36,964 bases of DNA from Lama guanicoe (taxonomy: Eukaryota): assembly GCA_013239625.1 (NCBI GenBank), contig MU053823.1:813565-850528 (forward strand), read 5' to 3'. Positions 1-11,596 of the stretch are shown here, piece after piece. Numbering within the stretch: position 1 is the stretch's first letter; each line of letters begins with the position of its first letter. The notes under the pieces are model-generated. The model ran no database searches and was not told the origin of the DNA. It saw only the letters and a list, made by a program, of their open reading frames with translations. The translations under genes were made by a program, and so were the position numbers.

Positions 1-247
1 TCCACGGATATACCAGGAATGGACTTCCTAGCCCAGTCCTGACCTGTGCTCCCCAGGTACTTCTGTCATGTCTAAGATTATGATTTTTAAGACTTTTAGT
101 CTTGGGTCATTGAGATCTTGGAGATCAGAGAAGAGTAGACATTTTTCTTCATGTTCCCCGCATTATGATGTATACTTTCTCCTCCCGCCATACACACATT
201 CCCTCATTATAGTTCACCCGCACCCCAAAGCCCACCATGGAACTTAC

Positions 248-389
248 ATTTCTTTATATGTTGGTCTGTGTCAGATAGAAAGGGCGAAAACATGACAAAG
301 AGAAAAAATACAAAGAACATAGCATACAGGACATAGAGCCAAGGAACAACGTTTGGGAACAGACCGGCCCCCAGGTCAACTTCCGCCAT
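248..389 (-). CDS. Candidate first coding exon of an SRCR-less single-pass membrane protein, paralogous to a WC1-type transmembrane exon (exon 395->248, ATG at 389; gene would continue past the window start)
   Basis: Minus strand reads cctcag|ATCTCG ATG GCG ... AAG AAA T|gtaagt and encodes MAEVDLGAGLFPNVVPWLYVLYAMFFVFFLFVMFSPFLSDTDQHIKK, with a hydrophobic run and a consensus phase-1 donor. Flanking introns align with those of the TM exon at 11459-11596. Confidence 0.55.
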
Positions 390-2682
390 CGAGATCTGAG
401 GACACGGAATTCTCTGCCCCAGCTCGCTCACCTTCTAGGTGACCAGGGCGATGAAGTCACAGCTTCAGGCACAATGGGAGTGATGAAGCTCTGGATGGGG
501 ATTGGCCAAGGCTCGTTCTATAAATGCTGGATGGAAACAGGTACTCTCAGGGAGCTTCACCTCTGCCACAGCTCCATTGAGCCCAGACACTAGATGATCA
601 GGTCAGACTGGCAACGGGGTGGATTTTACTACATGTATTCAGAGTGTGTATCTCACTGCATTGGAACCATATTCATTCACATAATGAAGAAACTATTTCT
701 CTAGACTTCACAGCCCTGCAGCCAGCCGTTTTCAACAGAATGCTGTCTAAGTTGAAGGACCCAAAACAAAGGACAGATTTTCTTTGCCACAGGGAATACT
801 CTGTCCCAGCACCGCTCCCCAGTGCACATAATGATCTCAATTTCTGGTCTGAGCTCAGCCTTCTAGGAGGTGACCGACCAGTGCAGACCCATTGACAAAA
901 TGCTAATGTAGTTCCGTGGTCTTTGTCAGCTTCCAAAACATTTTACATACTATCTTTATGATCCTTTGCACTTCATCTCTATCTGCCATGAGTGTGTGTT
1001 TCCTCTCAAGGTGCACAAACCCCCTACTCCTCACTCAAAACCGCAGAGCAATCACTGACACCACGACCCTGCCTAAGAGAAAAAATGTGTCCAGTGCTCG
1101 GCTGGACAAGAAATATGAGGTTTAAATATTGCTCTGTGGGAGCGTCTCATCCAATTGCGGAAATTAAATTCCAGACAGAAAAGGCCAGGGTCACTGTGGA
1201 TTGTGAAAATCAGGGGGTTCTTATGGAACGTTAGAGAGGAAAAATTATAAGCGAATGGAGCTGAAATAAAATTATCTACTGAGGTCAAGATGACTTCCTG
1301 ATTCTGAGGGATGTAAACAGGAAACCCAGATGTCTAAGTGCCTTTATTAGCTTCATTTTTGATCGAGTCTCAGATATTAAACTTTTTCAACCTATTTTTT
1401 TAAACTTGCCAAGATAAGAATTAATGTTTAAAAGCTGAAACAAACAAACAAAAATGTTCATGCTATTTCACTTTTATCATTGCTAATAACCACACCAGAA
1501 TAAAATCATGACTGTTGTTTTGTTTTGTTTGTGTTGTTTTGTTTTGTGTTGATATCTTCACACAGAAAGGTTCACGTTTTAGGCCAAAACAATACTCATT
1601 AACTCAGGCACACCTTTCTCCTCCCAATAAAGCTTTTTCCTCCTTATGTAGAAATCCGTTCAATTTTATATTCTTTTTTTCATATAAAGTCTGTTTATAA
1701 CCCCTTGTATAGGAAAAAATAAGGAAAATATAATTAAAATAATCATGAGTGGGGAGGTTTTAAAACATATAGTATTTACCTTTATTTTTTTTTTAACAAA
1801 CAGAGGGTTTTAAATCTGATGGTTCATTAAATGATTCAAAATTAATGTAAGTAAATAAAGGAGAAAAACTGGGGGACAAAGATGTTGAAGTAGTATAAGA
1901 AAACAGTATGGCACTAAAAAATGGTTCATTGGAGTCTCTTTAAATTTTACTTTCTTTAGATTTTCCCCAGATTTGTTGAGATATGATTGACATATAGCAT
2001 TGTGTAAGTTTAAGATATACAACATGATGATTTGATACAAGTATATATTGCAAAATGATTACAATAAATTAGTAAACACCTCCATCACCTCATATAATCA
2101 CCTCTTATTTCTCCTTGTGTTGAGAACATTTAAGATCTGCTGTGCTGGCAGTTTTCAAGCACGTAGTATAGTATTGGTAACTATAGTCATCATGCTGGCA
2201 TTAGATTCCCAGAACTTACTCATCTTGCAGCTGGGCGTTCGTGCCCTCTGACCAACACTTCCCCATTCCTCCACTGTCCCAGCTCCTGAGAACTACATTT
2301 ACTCTATTTTTAAGAGTTCCATTTTTTTTTAGATCCCACACGTAAAAAATATCACAAGGTATTTGCCGCTAGCTGTCTGGCTTATTTCGTTTACCATAGT
2401 GCCTTCAGGTTCCATCCATGTTGTCACAAATGGCAGAGATTCCATTTTTTATGGCTAAATAATATTCTATTATATATATATATAATATATATATTCAAAC
2501 CACATTTTATTTATCAATGAACACTTAAATTGTAGATTCCATTTCTTGGCCACTGTGAATACTGCTGCAATGAACATAAGAGTGAAGACATCTCTTTGAG
2601 ATACTGATTTCATTTCCTTTGGGTTGGAAGTTGAATTGCTGGATCATATGGTGGTTTTGTTTTTAATTTTTCGAGGAACCTC

Positions 2683-3585
2683 TATGGGAGCACACACTTG
2701 GGTTAACAAATTTTGATATTGTAATGATTGCTTTACCAAATTATATTCTCACCTTTATGTAAACATATAAACAATGTATAATCAAAACCCATGCTTTCTA
2801 TATTTGTCTTTATACTGCTACTTCAAAGCAAAATGTCCAAAAGCTCAAAAGACTAAACTCTCATTACCAGTCACCACCTTCTCTATGGAACTTAGCTTAA
2901 TTGCGTTGAAGCTGCTTTGATAGCAGGAATCTGCTACAACCTGTCTCCTTGCCGTAAAAAGCAGAGACAAGCTTTGCTTGCTTTGCTTAGTTCGAGGTCA
3001 TAGATTCAGGGCTGCTTATGCTCATGGGAAACCATAACTCGTCCCTCGCCCTAACCGGCAGGACATGCTTCGCTTACCAGGTGCAGGTGCATAGTGTAGG
3101 CTGCTCCTGCTTACAGAAGACAGTGGCTTAGCCCTTAGCTGGGAACAGCGGGGCTGCTTCGCGTGCTTAGATGGTTTCTGATCATTGTATGGAGACTCTG
3201 TGATGGTCTGGGTTTTCATTATCAATTGTTCAGAACACTGTAACCTTGCTCATGATTGTTTGGGGCTTAAAATAACCTTTTGTACTACCAGTATTGTAAC
3301 CTTCTCTCTAAGTATAAATTAAGATTATAATGTTTCTGTTTTTCATGAACTGAAACTGCTGACCTGCATCCCTGCACGTATACCATGCCCCTTACTCATT
3401 CCTATGATGTATTTCACTTTGATTCTTTGTTTAACTATTCTCAATAAATACAAGAGCTTTGGAGGAGTTGGGGGGGGTGGTCTCTGGCTCCCCCTCACTC
3501 TCTTGACTTAATAAAGCCTTGAGTAATTTCATTCTTCCTCGGTGGGACTTTTGCTGGACAAAACCGACAACGAGCAGAACCCACA
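2683..3585 (+). mobile_element. Solo LTR, probably class II (ERVK/betaretrovirus-like), 903 bp
   Basis: Termini TATGGG...CCCACA (inverted, one mismatch), 6-bp TSD AACCTC (2677-2682 / 3586-3591) that splits an L1 motif, AATAAA at 3510-3515. Confidence 0.8.
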
Positions 3586-3973
3586 AACCTCCACACTGTT
3601 TCCATAGTGGCTACACCAATGTAACGTTCCCACCAACAGTGCACAAGGGCCCCCTGTTCTCCTCAGCCTTGCTAAAACTTGCCTCTTGTCTGTTTGGTAA
3701 TAGCCACTGTAACAGGTGTGAGAGGATATCTCATTGCGGTTTTGATTTGCATCTGCCTGATGATTCTAGTGATAGTATATTTTCATGTACCTCTTGGCCA
3801 TCGTATGTCTTCTTTGGAGAAATGACCATTCAAATCCTTTGCCCATTTTCTTAATTGGATATTTTTTGCTATTAAATTGTATGAGCTCCCTTATAGAATT
3901 CGGGTATTAACCCCTTATCAGACAGATGGTTTGCAAATATTTTCTCCCACTCCGTAGGTTGCCTTTGCATTTT

Positions 3974-4132
3974 TTTTTAAAGAGTAACTTATTTATTTAT
4001 TTAGGTTTTTTTTGAGGGAGGGGTATAATTAGGTTCATTTATTCATTTAATTTTAGAGGTAGCGCTGGGGATTGAACCCAGGACCCTGTGCATGCTAAGC
4101 ATGCGCTCTACTGCTTGAGCTATACCCTCCCC
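3974..4132 (-). mobile_element. tRNA-derived camelid SINE (Vic-1-like)
   Basis: Reverse complement GGGGAGGGTATAGCTCAAGCAGTAGAGCGCATGCTTAGCATGCACAGGGTCCTGGGTTCAATCCCCAG (A/B boxes), A-rich tail, 14-bp TSD TGCCTTTGCATTTT (3960-3973 / 4133-4146). Confidence 0.9.
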
Positions 4133-4539
4133 TGCCTTTGCATTTTGTTGATTGTTCCCTCTGCTGTGCAGGGACACTTTTAGTGTTGTGTAGTCTACTT
4201 GTTTATTTTTGCTTTTTATTGTCTATGTTTTTGGTTTCACATTCAAAAATTGGTGTCAAGACCAATGTCTAGGAGCATTTTTACTATGTTTTCCTCAAGG
4301 ATTTTTTACAGTTTCAGGTCTTCCCTTTAAGCCTTTAATCCATTTCTAGTTAATTTAAATCTAGGGGTATGACATGGGGTCCTGTTTTATTCATTTGCTT
4401 GTGAATATCATGTTTTACCATTTATTGAAGAGACCATTGTTTTCTAATGGCTTGTTCATGGCACCCTTATTGAAGATTAGTTGGACACTTGTAGGAGAAC
4501 ATATTTCCAATAGAATGAACATAAATGACCATAAATGAC

Positions 4540-5190
4540 CGAACAATAGCATGCCAGTAGGTGCAGAAATTCGTAAACCTTAAAAAATGGCTTGTTAAGA
4601 TCTACAGCGTATACATATAATATCCCCTATAACCCAGCTGCTCCTCTTCTGAGTATATTCCTAAGAAAAGCTTTCATCAATTGTGGGTAAAAGTTGGCTG
4701 ATATGAATATGTTATATAGTTGTTTTGGTAGATAAAGTTTTTTTTCTTTCCTATGATCCATCTCTCACATCAGCTCTATTTATTATAGCCAAAAACTAGA
4801 AATAATTTAATGTTCAAAATGCAGTAGAGCAAATAAATGAGCTGTGATACAGACTTGCATTCGAATATTAGACAGCATTTAAAAAAATACTGCTACATGT
4901 AGTAACATATTGGAATTTCACAGACATACTATTTTGTAAAAGAAGCTGAGCAGAAAAGAATTCTCACTGTTCAAACAGCTCAAAAACAGGAAGAGCTAAT
5001 CTGTGATGATAAGAGGTCAGTACAGCAGGGGGCAGGGAGGGCGGGCCTGAGAGTGCCTTATCTGACACAGAAAATACCCTTTACCTAGCAAACACATATA
5101 CGGGTATACCGTTGTGTATCCGTTCTGTACTTGTACACTTGATATTTGTCAGATTTACTCTATGTAAGTTGTAACTCCATAAAAAAGTGA
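4540..5190 (+). mobile_element. Old L1 (L1M/L1ME-type) 3' end fragment
   Basis: Degenerate ORF2-end/3'UTR motifs (ccctataacccagc..ctcttctgagtatattcc, tttattatagccaaaaactagaaataa) ending in an A-rich tract. Confidence 0.55.
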
Positions 5191-7524
5191 AATTAATATT
5201 ATACTAGGCTTGTTAAATGATCTGGGGTTTTTGCCTCTATTTTCTGCTGCTTTTTTTTATTTAAATAGTAGTTATTGCTTGAGAGTTTGATGAAACTTAC
5301 CAATAAAATCTACACCTGAATTCTACTGAGAAGATTTGTCTTCGAACAGCACTTCAATTCCATCACGTTTATTGTCTAATTCAATTTCACTGTTTCTTCT
5401 TCTGTCAGTAACAGAATTACACATATATATATTTTACAAAGTTGTGGGCCCTACATATTTCTCTCTCACTTAGGAATGATACTTCTGCCGTACACCAAAT
5501 TCCAAGTTCAATGTTCTTGTTCTTTTAAAGACACTATTTGATTGTCTTCTTATAAGTAGTGTTGCTCCCGATGAGTTGAAAGTCAACCTCATTTTTGTTT
5601 CTTGGTATATCATGTGCTCTTTTTTTCTTGGAGATTTTACTTTGATATTTTTAAAATTTCTTTGTCGTTTATCTGGGTGTGAATGTTTTTCCTTACTTCA
5701 CTGACATTCTGCAAATCCTTCCAATATGAGACCTTACGTTTTTTGTTTTTAATTCTGTGAAATTTTATCTATTGTTCTTCAACTCCTTTCCTCTCTCTAG
5801 TTTTCTGCTCCTTTCCTTCTAAGACCCCTGCTTAGCATATGCTGGTGCTTCTCTCCTGTCCTCTAGATCCCTTACATGTTGCTTATATTTTCCACGTCCT
5901 TGTTCTTTTCTCTTGCCTTCGTGGAAAATTCCTCAAAATGATGTTCCAGTTCGCCTTGTTCTTCATCCACATGCATCCGACTGTTGATTTCTTAATTGTT
6001 TTCTTCAACTTCCCAGCTTAGTGGAACTTTTGCAGTTGCCTGATATTAGTCATGGACCCAGTGAGTAACTTAGGCTGCTGCCCCAGGTCTCTGTGTTTAT
6101 AAAACAAGCGATAAAATGAATAGGGGGAAATGCAAGATCAGAGCTTGCCTCTGGGCCACACGTTCGCTTTCTCCCCTGCAGCTCGCCTCCCAGGCCGCAG
6201 CCGCTCCCCAGCCTCTGCCGGGTCCTCCTCTTTCTACTCACCAGTTCAGTCAGGTTTCGCGTACGTACGCAGGGGATGGTCTCACTCTGACGTGGTTGAT
6301 TCTCTGGACACTTATTTCCCTTTTATCTCTATTATTTTTCCAGAATTGATTTTAGGAATTGGCAGCCCCTGTTTGTTCAGCATTTTGGCAGGAGTAGGGT
6401 TTCATGGCATACAAAAGCAATTATCCTACTAAAGAAGAAATATTTTCAGAACACGATACAAATGTATGTCTCTTTGCTGAGCCAAACTACAGAACACATG
6501 ATCAGTAATACATGAAGTTCACATTTATAAAATTATAATCACCCCTTTATCTCTCTGATTGATCAATGGTGAAGCTGTCAGTTTAGGAGAGTCTGTAGAT
6601 ACCACGGATCTTGCAGAGCAGCGTAAGATAGACAACGTACACCACAGATTTCTGCCGAGCAGAGATCAGCAAGGCCTCCTACATTACAGTTAATCAGATA
6701 TTACTAAAGGTGCAGGGTGTTTTCCTGTTCATCATTAAGCCCATTTGCGATTATAACCACAGTGGTATGTGACAGGAAGGAAAATTCTGCCATATCAAAG
6801 AAATAGCAGCCGTTGCTTGTGCATTCAGGAGAAGGGGGAGGGCTGTGGGTAATAGCAAAAGTTAACACTCTATGTGTGTATTTTATTACAGGAGGTCGGC
6901 CAATGCCCAAGTATTATCATTGACTTTATATTCCTTATAGCATGTCTGTTGTGTGGACAAGGGGTTCCTGTGTGTACCTACTAATGACTAACGTGTATAT
7001 GCTGAAATTCTGCCCTGTTCCTATACAAAAATGTAGGCAGTCCCTGCCAGAAACAAAGCACAGGGCTGCCCTCATCGCCGAATAGGCAGAATGTGCAAAT
7101 TCTGTTTAGTGGGATCAGCTTGTGCACAAAGATACCTCAAATGTGAGAGTCGGGGAACAAAGAGCTGGCCAGGCAGGGGCTGCTAAAAAGATAGACCTTC
7201 TCTCTGATTTCCTGACGACAAATCAAACATGTGATATGAAGTGGTCAAAATTCTTCTACCTCGTCTTTGTTGGAGGAAGGATGTTTTGTTGGTTTTTGCC
7301 TCCCAGTCCCTCCCTATACCGGAGGCAGAGGGTCAATTTCAGGAGCATTTATGGGAGGTATTGCAAACTTGTTAGAAAAAGAAATTAAGAAAGGTCAGTA
7401 GAGAGACAGGAGAGCGTGTACTAGGTGTTGTTGACAGGATGAAAAACAAAAAGAGAAACCAACAGAAATTCTCTTGGGCAGAGCGGGTGGGAGAGAACAA
7501 TAGTGGGATCCTAAGATTAGGTCA

Positions 7525-7730
7525 CATCTAGACAAACAAGTTCATTCTGTAGAGCATGGGGAGGTATATTCAAGGTCTTGTAGTGGCTCACGGTGAAAAA
7601 GAACATGAAAATGAATATATGTATATTCATGCATGACTGAAAAATTGTGCTGTACACCAGAAATTGCACAACATTGTAAACTGACTATAACTCAACAAAA
7701 AAATAAATTAAAATTTGAAAAGAAAAAAAA
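7525..7730 (+). mobile_element. Young 5'-truncated L1 3'UTR (artiodactyl/camelid type)
   Basis: tgtgctgtacaccagaaattg..acaacattgtaaactgactata, polyA tail, perfect 12-bp TSD AAGATTAGGTCA (7513-7524 / 7731-7742). Confidence 0.85.
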
Positions 7731-9326
7731 AAGATTAGGTCAAGTCTGCTAATTACTTACATCTTGCACCAGGCTGTACCCCTTCTTCTCCCCACTTTAA
7801 CACTAAACTTCAGTAAATATTCGCTGCATAAAATAAGCTTTTGATGGGAATGTTTTGAAAAAGGAAGCAGTGGCAAAATGTCCACACATTAGCCAAAATG
7901 GGGCGGAGAGAAAATAGGAGGCATGGGGGTAGAAAAGAGCTTGGGAATTCAAAACACTCTTTCAGGAAGTAGTAGTTAGAAGTACGATGGCCCGAACACA
8001 TCCAAGGTCTATTAGAAATACCGGGGATAGTATACAAAGCTGACGATTCAAACCATTCCATTTCTTATTAGCCAAAGGATCTGAGAACTTGGGCGTGTTA
8101 TATGTCGATGTTGTATGTGTCCCCAGCAGATGTGTGTACTCCAATGATTTTCCCAGGAAGCTCAGAAGATTAGCAAGTGTGACCCTGCTCTGTGTAATAT
8201 GTAACCCTATTGATTGTAACGCAATCGGTAAGATCTTAAGGACCTCATTCTCTTCCCTTTCTACTAATAGGTACACATTAGGATGGGATTTGGGGGTGAA
8301 AGCAGGCACTTTTTTCTTGTAAGGGTTTATCATTTGACTCCTAGCTTGAATCTATAGGGTTTATTTCTTCAAAACAAGTAATTCAGAGATAGTAGACTAG
8401 AGGATAATTTTAGAGAGAGTGTATAACTGCTTATAATAGAACTATTTTCCAAGATACCATGCACCAGTATCTCGTAGGCTGCGAGCTGAGAAGACTGTCC
8501 ACATTCACCATGGCTATGGCATGCTGAGGAACAAGAATGGTCCAACTCCTAGTGAATCATCTCTAACCTTGACCCTCACCCAGCAACCAGCACTCCTCTT
8601 GTTTGCCAGGAGGCAACATAGCTTCTGACCTTCTATAACCACAGGAAGTGAGAACAGGGAACCAAAATTTGTTTTCCCAACTAAAATCTGATGATACTAT
8701 GGGGTAACTTGAATTGATTTACTTTTTAAAATGTCACTGCACATGAAGATATAAGAAATAATCTTCATTTAAATTAACCACTAGCACACATTACGCACTA
8801 TACCCAGTAGCTCAGTCATGAGAAGACAGAACTGGGTTTGAAAATAAGTTGAAGGTAAAGAATCTTCACAACCAAAGTTACAAAGTTGACAGAAAAAACA
8901 TTCTGCTTCTGTACTTTCCTATTCCAGTTATGCCTCTGAGAAGTTTTTAGATTGATTTTCGCTAGGAAAGTTCTGCTGCACCTACATCTACCTCCATGAA
9001 ATCAAATCCCAGACTCTAGGGGGAGGGGCCAAAATTATGCAAGAAAAGACAATGTAATTAGGATCGAACATTCCTAGAATATTCAAGTGTTCTTACTATG
9101 AGGTCATCTTGGGAGAAGACAGACCTCAACTCTGGATCTGGATTCAGCTTCTCTCCCCAGTCTGACCATTGATCACTTAACTAGGGTTTCACTCTGGAGA
9201 AGAAAATATATGTTTGGATCTAAGTGGCTAGGGTATGACTACTGTAAAAGCAGTTTGTGTCAAAAGTCTCTAGATGTTCATAAAACTTTCTCAATAACAC
9301 AGAACTGCTCTGAAAGGACCAAAATA

Positions 9327-9332
9327 TTTATT
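9327..9332 (-). terminator. Polyadenylation signal AATAAA of the minus-strand WC1-like remnant
   Basis: TTTATT on + strand, about 110 nt 3' of the TGA at 9440-9442. Confidence 0.5.
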
Positions 9333-9439
9333 ATTGAACAATCTATGTGAAAACGGAACACAAATCAGCATTATTCTTTCTGGACATAGACAGCGACATT
9401 TTCTGAGCCTCTAGTCTGGACTAAAATGCAATAGGAGTT

Positions 9440-9576
9440 TCAATAGGTGCATATTTCTTCTTCAGTTGAAATTCCACTGCCTCCAAGCTCAGCATCCTCA
9501 CATCCAAGCTCATATTCTTCAGTCAAGAGCTTCTCCTTTTCCAGATCTTCTTTCCTGGAGGAATGTGAAAACCAAC
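9440..9576 (-). pseudogene. Terminal cytoplasmic exon of a WC1/SCART-like gene remnant
   Basis: Acceptor tttgctgttgcag|GT, phase 1. Encodes (G)WFSHSSRKEDLEKEKLLTEEYELGCEDAELGGSGISTEEEICTY*, resembling the recalled WC1 last exon (GSFLNFSRE...GYDDVELSALGTS). Confidence 0.65.
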
Positions 9577-9970
9577 CTGCAACAGCAAATTTAGGGCCTC
9601 ATTATGATTATGACTTGGAGACTAAACAGAGCCCTCTAGAGGCATCAGAGTCATGGGCCAGGTGAAAACAGCATTCCTGGAGACTCAGATTGAAAACATT
9701 TCTGCCCGAAATAAAGCACACCAGGAAAAGCATATTAGATACAAACTGTTGATCTCAGATCACCGTCTAGGAAGTACCTGTAACAGAGACTAAAAACTTC
9801 TATGACATCTATACAAACAGTAGGTACATGAAACCAGAGAAAGGAATTGTGAGCATCTGACTTTTCCCAGTAAGACTGGACTAAATCAGAGGAATTTGGT
9901 GATAGGAAGGTACAACTTCATTACCATCTATTCCATAAGGACACTTAGGGACCAGATCCTGATTTCCCAA

Positions 9971-10102
9971 ATGTCTGCAAGGATAATCCCAGCCTTTTCT
10001 CAAAGTCCTCCAAGGCTTCAGCTGCTTTGGTTTCTCTCCTCCCAAGGGACCCCACTGCCCTCCCACAGCCATGATAAAGATGGTTTATTGGGCCCTCCAG
10101 CT
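9971..10102 (-). pseudogene. Middle cytoplasmic exon remnant (donor lost)
   Basis: Acceptor aatttcag|AG. Reads ELEGPINHLYHG...EDFEKRLGLSLQT, resembling WC1 ...NYDDAE...EKEDGVRSSQT(G). The expected G|GT donor is T|TT. Confidence 0.5.
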
Positions 10103-10118
10103 CTGAAATTCTGTGGGT

Positions 10119-10276
10119 CATAGCCAGCTTTGTGAACATGCAACTTACGCTCAGCAGAGCCCTGTGCTTGGTTTAAAGTTCTGCTGTCACCATCTTCAAC
10201 CTCTAAATAATTTTTCAACAAGGAATCCCACATTCTCATTTTACATTGGACCCTGAAAGTTATGAAATCAGTCCTG
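10119..10276 (+). mobile_element. MER45A-like hAT-Tip100 DNA transposon fossil
   Basis: gcttggtttaaagttctgctgtcaccatcttc..aataatttttcaacaagg..cattctcattttacattggaccctgaaagttatg..gtcctg matches the recalled MER45A consensus. Confidence 0.7.
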
Positions 10277-10789
10277 CCATGGATCTTAAGGAAATATGGA
10301 GTGAGTCTCACCTTTTACCCAAAGTTTGCCTCCATGAAAGCACACTTATTAGAGTAACCTTAACATTTTAGTAGCTATGGAGTATCACAATGTGTCTTAA
10401 TATCTATGCTTTGCCATTTTAACTGTATCTCTCACTTGGTCGCATTTTGAATTAACCGAAAGAAATCTTTAGATAATCTATGTGATTGTTGTGATTGAGA
10501 AAATATGTCACAGCATCAAACAATACACTCATGGCTGTAACGGCAGGAAGGTACCTGCTATGAAGTCTGATCTATTCCCATCCTCCCTAAAGATATATGG
10601 AAATAACTGAAATGACTTGGGAAGCCAATTCTAGTCATAATTAAGAAATACGGGCCAACCCACATCTTGTCTCTACAGGAAAGATTGACAGTTAGGGGCT
10701 CAAAGGCATCTTCTGAGAAAGTAAGACTATGTAAGATGTCAGGCTTCCCTTTTACTTGTCCCTAAGGGAATCTTTTCTGGACAACAGAA

Positions 10790-10870
10790 TTTGGCGGCGG
10801 GTTGTGAGGGGGTGGGGCCTGGTGCAAAATAAAATGCAGACCCTCTTATTCCAAAACTATCAAAAGGTTC
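10790..10870 (-). mobile_element. MER45-family fragment
   Basis: ggggcctggtgcaaaataaaatgcagaccctcttattccaaaa is the reverse complement of the MER45 3' motif. Confidence 0.45.
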
Positions 10871-10985
10871 TGAGGTGGGACTCAGGGAAGCCATGTGTAG
10901 ACGCTGTGCCCACAGATGCTGTGAATCACTCCAGGTGATAGTGTATGTTCCAAAGAGCACGCTTGGGAGGGTGAGGGACATCCAC

Positions 10986-11092
10986 CTGACTCCAGCTGTC
11001 TCTCCTCCCCAGTCTCACATTCCTCATCGATATCCTCGTGTACAACCTCACACAGACAGTATTTACATGCGGACAAGATTGATACCAAGGTT
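10986..11092 (-). pseudogene. First cytoplasmic exon remnant (YEEL-motif exon), 107 nt, frameshifted
   Basis: ctcag|...TCA G|gtggat. Homologous frame reads ILSACKYCLCEVVHEDIDEECETGEERQLESG versus WC1 ALSSYEDALAEAVYEELD. Length is not a multiple of 3. Confidence 0.6.
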
Positions 11093-11458
11093 CTGAGTCA
11101 GAAACTCATCTTGAAACACCTGCACATGGAGCCACCTTTGAAGTCTGGGGCTGCTCTCAGCTCATCAGAACCACTAACTTCTTCATGTCTTATCCTTCAA
11201 CCCAGAATTCCAGGCCCAGTCCTAACTTGTGTCTCTATAACTGATGCTAAACTTACTGCTGTTCTGTATGATGCCATGTTTCCTTAGCACTCCTAGTTCA
11301 AGATCACAGAGACTTAAGAATCCAAAGAAGCACAGGTATCATTTTCCAGAAAAAAGTAATAAGGACAAGGTGCATATTCAGTATCCCACATCACAGTGTG
11401 TCCCTCCTCATCCATTGCCCACAGCTCTCCTCATCCTCATCTCCATTTTGGAGCCTAC

Positions 11459-11596
11459 CTTCACACTTTGTTTTCTTTCTGCACTGCTTTATCGCCAGGA
11501 AAATGAAAAAAAGAAAGATGCAGGGTGCCAGGGTGCAACCAAGGATGACTGTCACAAAGATGATCCCAGGGCCAGTGTGGGAGCCTGAATGGTCTC
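11459..11596 (-). pseudogene. Intact WC1-like transmembrane exon (138 nt, phase 1-1) of the minus-strand remnant
   Basis: tttttttag|GA GAC ... TGT GAA G|gtaggc. Encodes GDHSGSHTGPGIIFVTVILGCTLAPCIFLFFIFLAIKQCRKKTKCE (hydrophobic helix plus basic stop-transfer; cf. WC1 PGIFSLPGVLCLILGSLLFLVLVILVTQLLRWRAE). Confidence 0.75.

Larger units (their letters stand above)
1960..4490 (-). mobile_element. L1 LINE 3' portion (L1MA9-like), interrupted by a solo LTR and a SINE
   Basis: Antisense L1 3'UTR/ORF2-end motifs (ccatccatgttgtcacaaatggcag, gaggaacctc..cacactgttttccatagtggctacacc, ggttttgatttgcat, gcaaatattttctcccac). Confidence 0.85.

Noticed and set aside
397..440. Minus-strand donor-like AAG|GTGAGC at 432 as the end of a first exon
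   Set aside because: It would leave a 36-nt intron before the acceptor at 396, too short, and the paralogous sequence is intronic.
500..525. ATTGG/CCAA plus TATAAA as promoter of the orphan TM exon
   Set aside because: TATAAA is on the + strand, opposite to the exon, and lies in sequence paralogous to an intron.
3974..4132. tRNA-like A/B boxes as a tRNA gene (also at 25677)
   Set aside because: A-rich tail and TSD identify these as SINEs.
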